DNA from: an uncultured Verrucomicrobiae bacterium | GTDB taxonomy: Bacteria; Verrucomicrobiota; Verrucomicrobiia; Chthoniobacterales; Chthoniobacteraceae | DNA: 64,000 nucleotides | Assembly (NCBI GenBank): GCA_963836755.1 | Contig: CAWIKF010000003.1 | Span: 1 to 64,000, forward strand | Direction: 5' to 3' | Part shown: positions 63,270 to 64,000 of the stretch, piece after piece | Position numbering within the stretch: the stretch's first letter is position 1 | Layout of the letters: each line of letters opens with the position of its first letter | Program-made: the position numbers and the translations under genes | The notes under the pieces: model-generated | What the model was told of the DNA's origin: nothing | Seen by the model: only the letters and a program-made list of their open reading frames with translations | Databases searched by the model: none

Positions 63270-63287
63270 TTGTGAAAAATTTCACAA
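63270..63287. promoter_or_regulatory. Rex-type operator upstream of the act-cco-cta operon
   Basis: TTGTGAA-AAAT-TTCACAA exactly matches the Rex consensus TTGTGAA-N4-TTCACAA. It sits just upstream of a candidate TTGCGT-N18-TAGAGT promoter (63262-63233, minus strand). Confidence 0.8.
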
Positions 63288-63392
63288 GCGTCTGCTGGTG
63301 GCTGGCTCGGGAAGAAATTCGCTTCAAGGCTTCGTCTTTTTCAACGTTGTTAAACATCCGCGCACTCGCGCATCTGCGGGGGTGTTTCTTTG

Positions 63393-64000
63393 TCAAAGTT
63401 TGCCCCGCAGTTGCAACACAAAAAACCGGTTTTTGTTTTTGTCGGTCAATTCGCCGAGCACCCGCACTTCGCGCCATGCGGCGCGCAATTTCCGCATCGG
63501 CTCCGCGCGCGTGAAAAGAAACTCCGCGGACGCCGGCAACTCGTCATATTTCTGAAAGTAAACACACTGGGCACGCACGTAAAACAGCGCCGGAACGAGC
63601 CCCGGATCGAGCACGCATAGCGCTTCGCTGGCCGGCACCAACGCATTGATCCGCTCGCCGAGCGGCCGCACATCGTCATGCGCATTCACGCGCGGCACGA
63701 TTGCGATGGCATAAATGATCATCGCCACGCCCGCCAAAATTCCTGCGCCGAGCGCCCATCGCCACGCCCGGCGCGGGAAGCATTCGCGCAAAACCAGCGC
63801 GAGCAGAAGGCTCGCGGGCACCAGCAGCGGCAGCGTGTAGCGCGGCAACATTCCCGGAATGAACAGCAGCCCGAAAAAACAAATCACGATCGGCCACCGC
63901 GCCGCGCGGATCATCGCCGCGTCCGGCTCGCGCAATTTCGCGAGCGCCTCGCGATTCCAGAGCAGCGGCAAAAACAAAAGCCACGGCAAAAAGTTGCACA
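63393..64000 (-). CDS. C-terminal part of a membrane protein, probably an ArnT-like glycosyltransferase; runs off the window
   Basis: FLPW..FLP and PRY.LP..P...LL.A TM motifs followed by a soluble tail, the same layout as the 38625-40073 protein. Confidence 0.6.
   Translation of the reverse strand, partial: CNFLPWLLFLPLLWNREALAKLREPDAAMIRAARWPIVICFFGLLFIPGMLPRYTLPLLVPASLLLALVLRECFPRRAWRWALGAGILAGVAMIIYAIAIVPRVNAHDDVRPLGERINALVPASEALCVLDPGLVPALFYVRAQCVYFQKYDELPASAEFLFTRAEPMRKLRAAWREVRVLGELTDKNKNRFFVLQLRGKL

Overview
A gene-dense, GC-rich bacterial chromosomal window. The gene set and scarcity of Shine-Dalgarno sites suggest a soil Verrucomicrobiota (Chthoniobacterales-like) organism; this is inference. 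No prophage, IS element or CRISPR array is visible. Contents in order: (1) the 3' end of a tRNA, an unannotated 46-aa Gly/Phe/Leu-repeat peptide, mdh, a DUF1460 amidase and gyrB; (2) a tightly coupled minus-strand operon of nrdR, a degenerate ATP-cone protein, HIT, an ICMT-type methyltransferase, a ketosynthase with catalytic Cys->Ser, two sensor kinases, FadL and a hybrid kinase, behind a promoter carrying an NrdR box; (3) an ABC exporter/acyltransferase/GT-like trio, peptidases, rhaA and an rlmI-like gene; (4) a stress/desiccation block (debranching enzyme, treZ, DUF892, ATP-dependent ligase, TopIB, isochorismatase, Zn-dehydrogenase); (5) a lipid A operon (lpxI, gnnA-like, lpxB, ArnT-like) running on into HIT, a serine hydrolase, an M15-like protein, a PafA/Dop-like ligase and GH27; (6) a photolyase; (7) a ~19 kb respiratory operon with alternative complex III (actABCDEFG), a CcoN-like protein lacking all metal ligands, CcoO, cytochrome c, an aa3-type oxidase and assembly genes, preceded by a perfect Rex-type palindrome. 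The best candidates for undescribed systems are the orphan PafA-like ligase module, the methyltransferase/KS(Ser)/three-kinase/FadL module, the pseudo-CcoN and the NrdR-coupled degenerate ATP-cone protein. All family assignments come from motif recognition by eye. Start codons were adjusted from the ORF track where a downstream start fit better.
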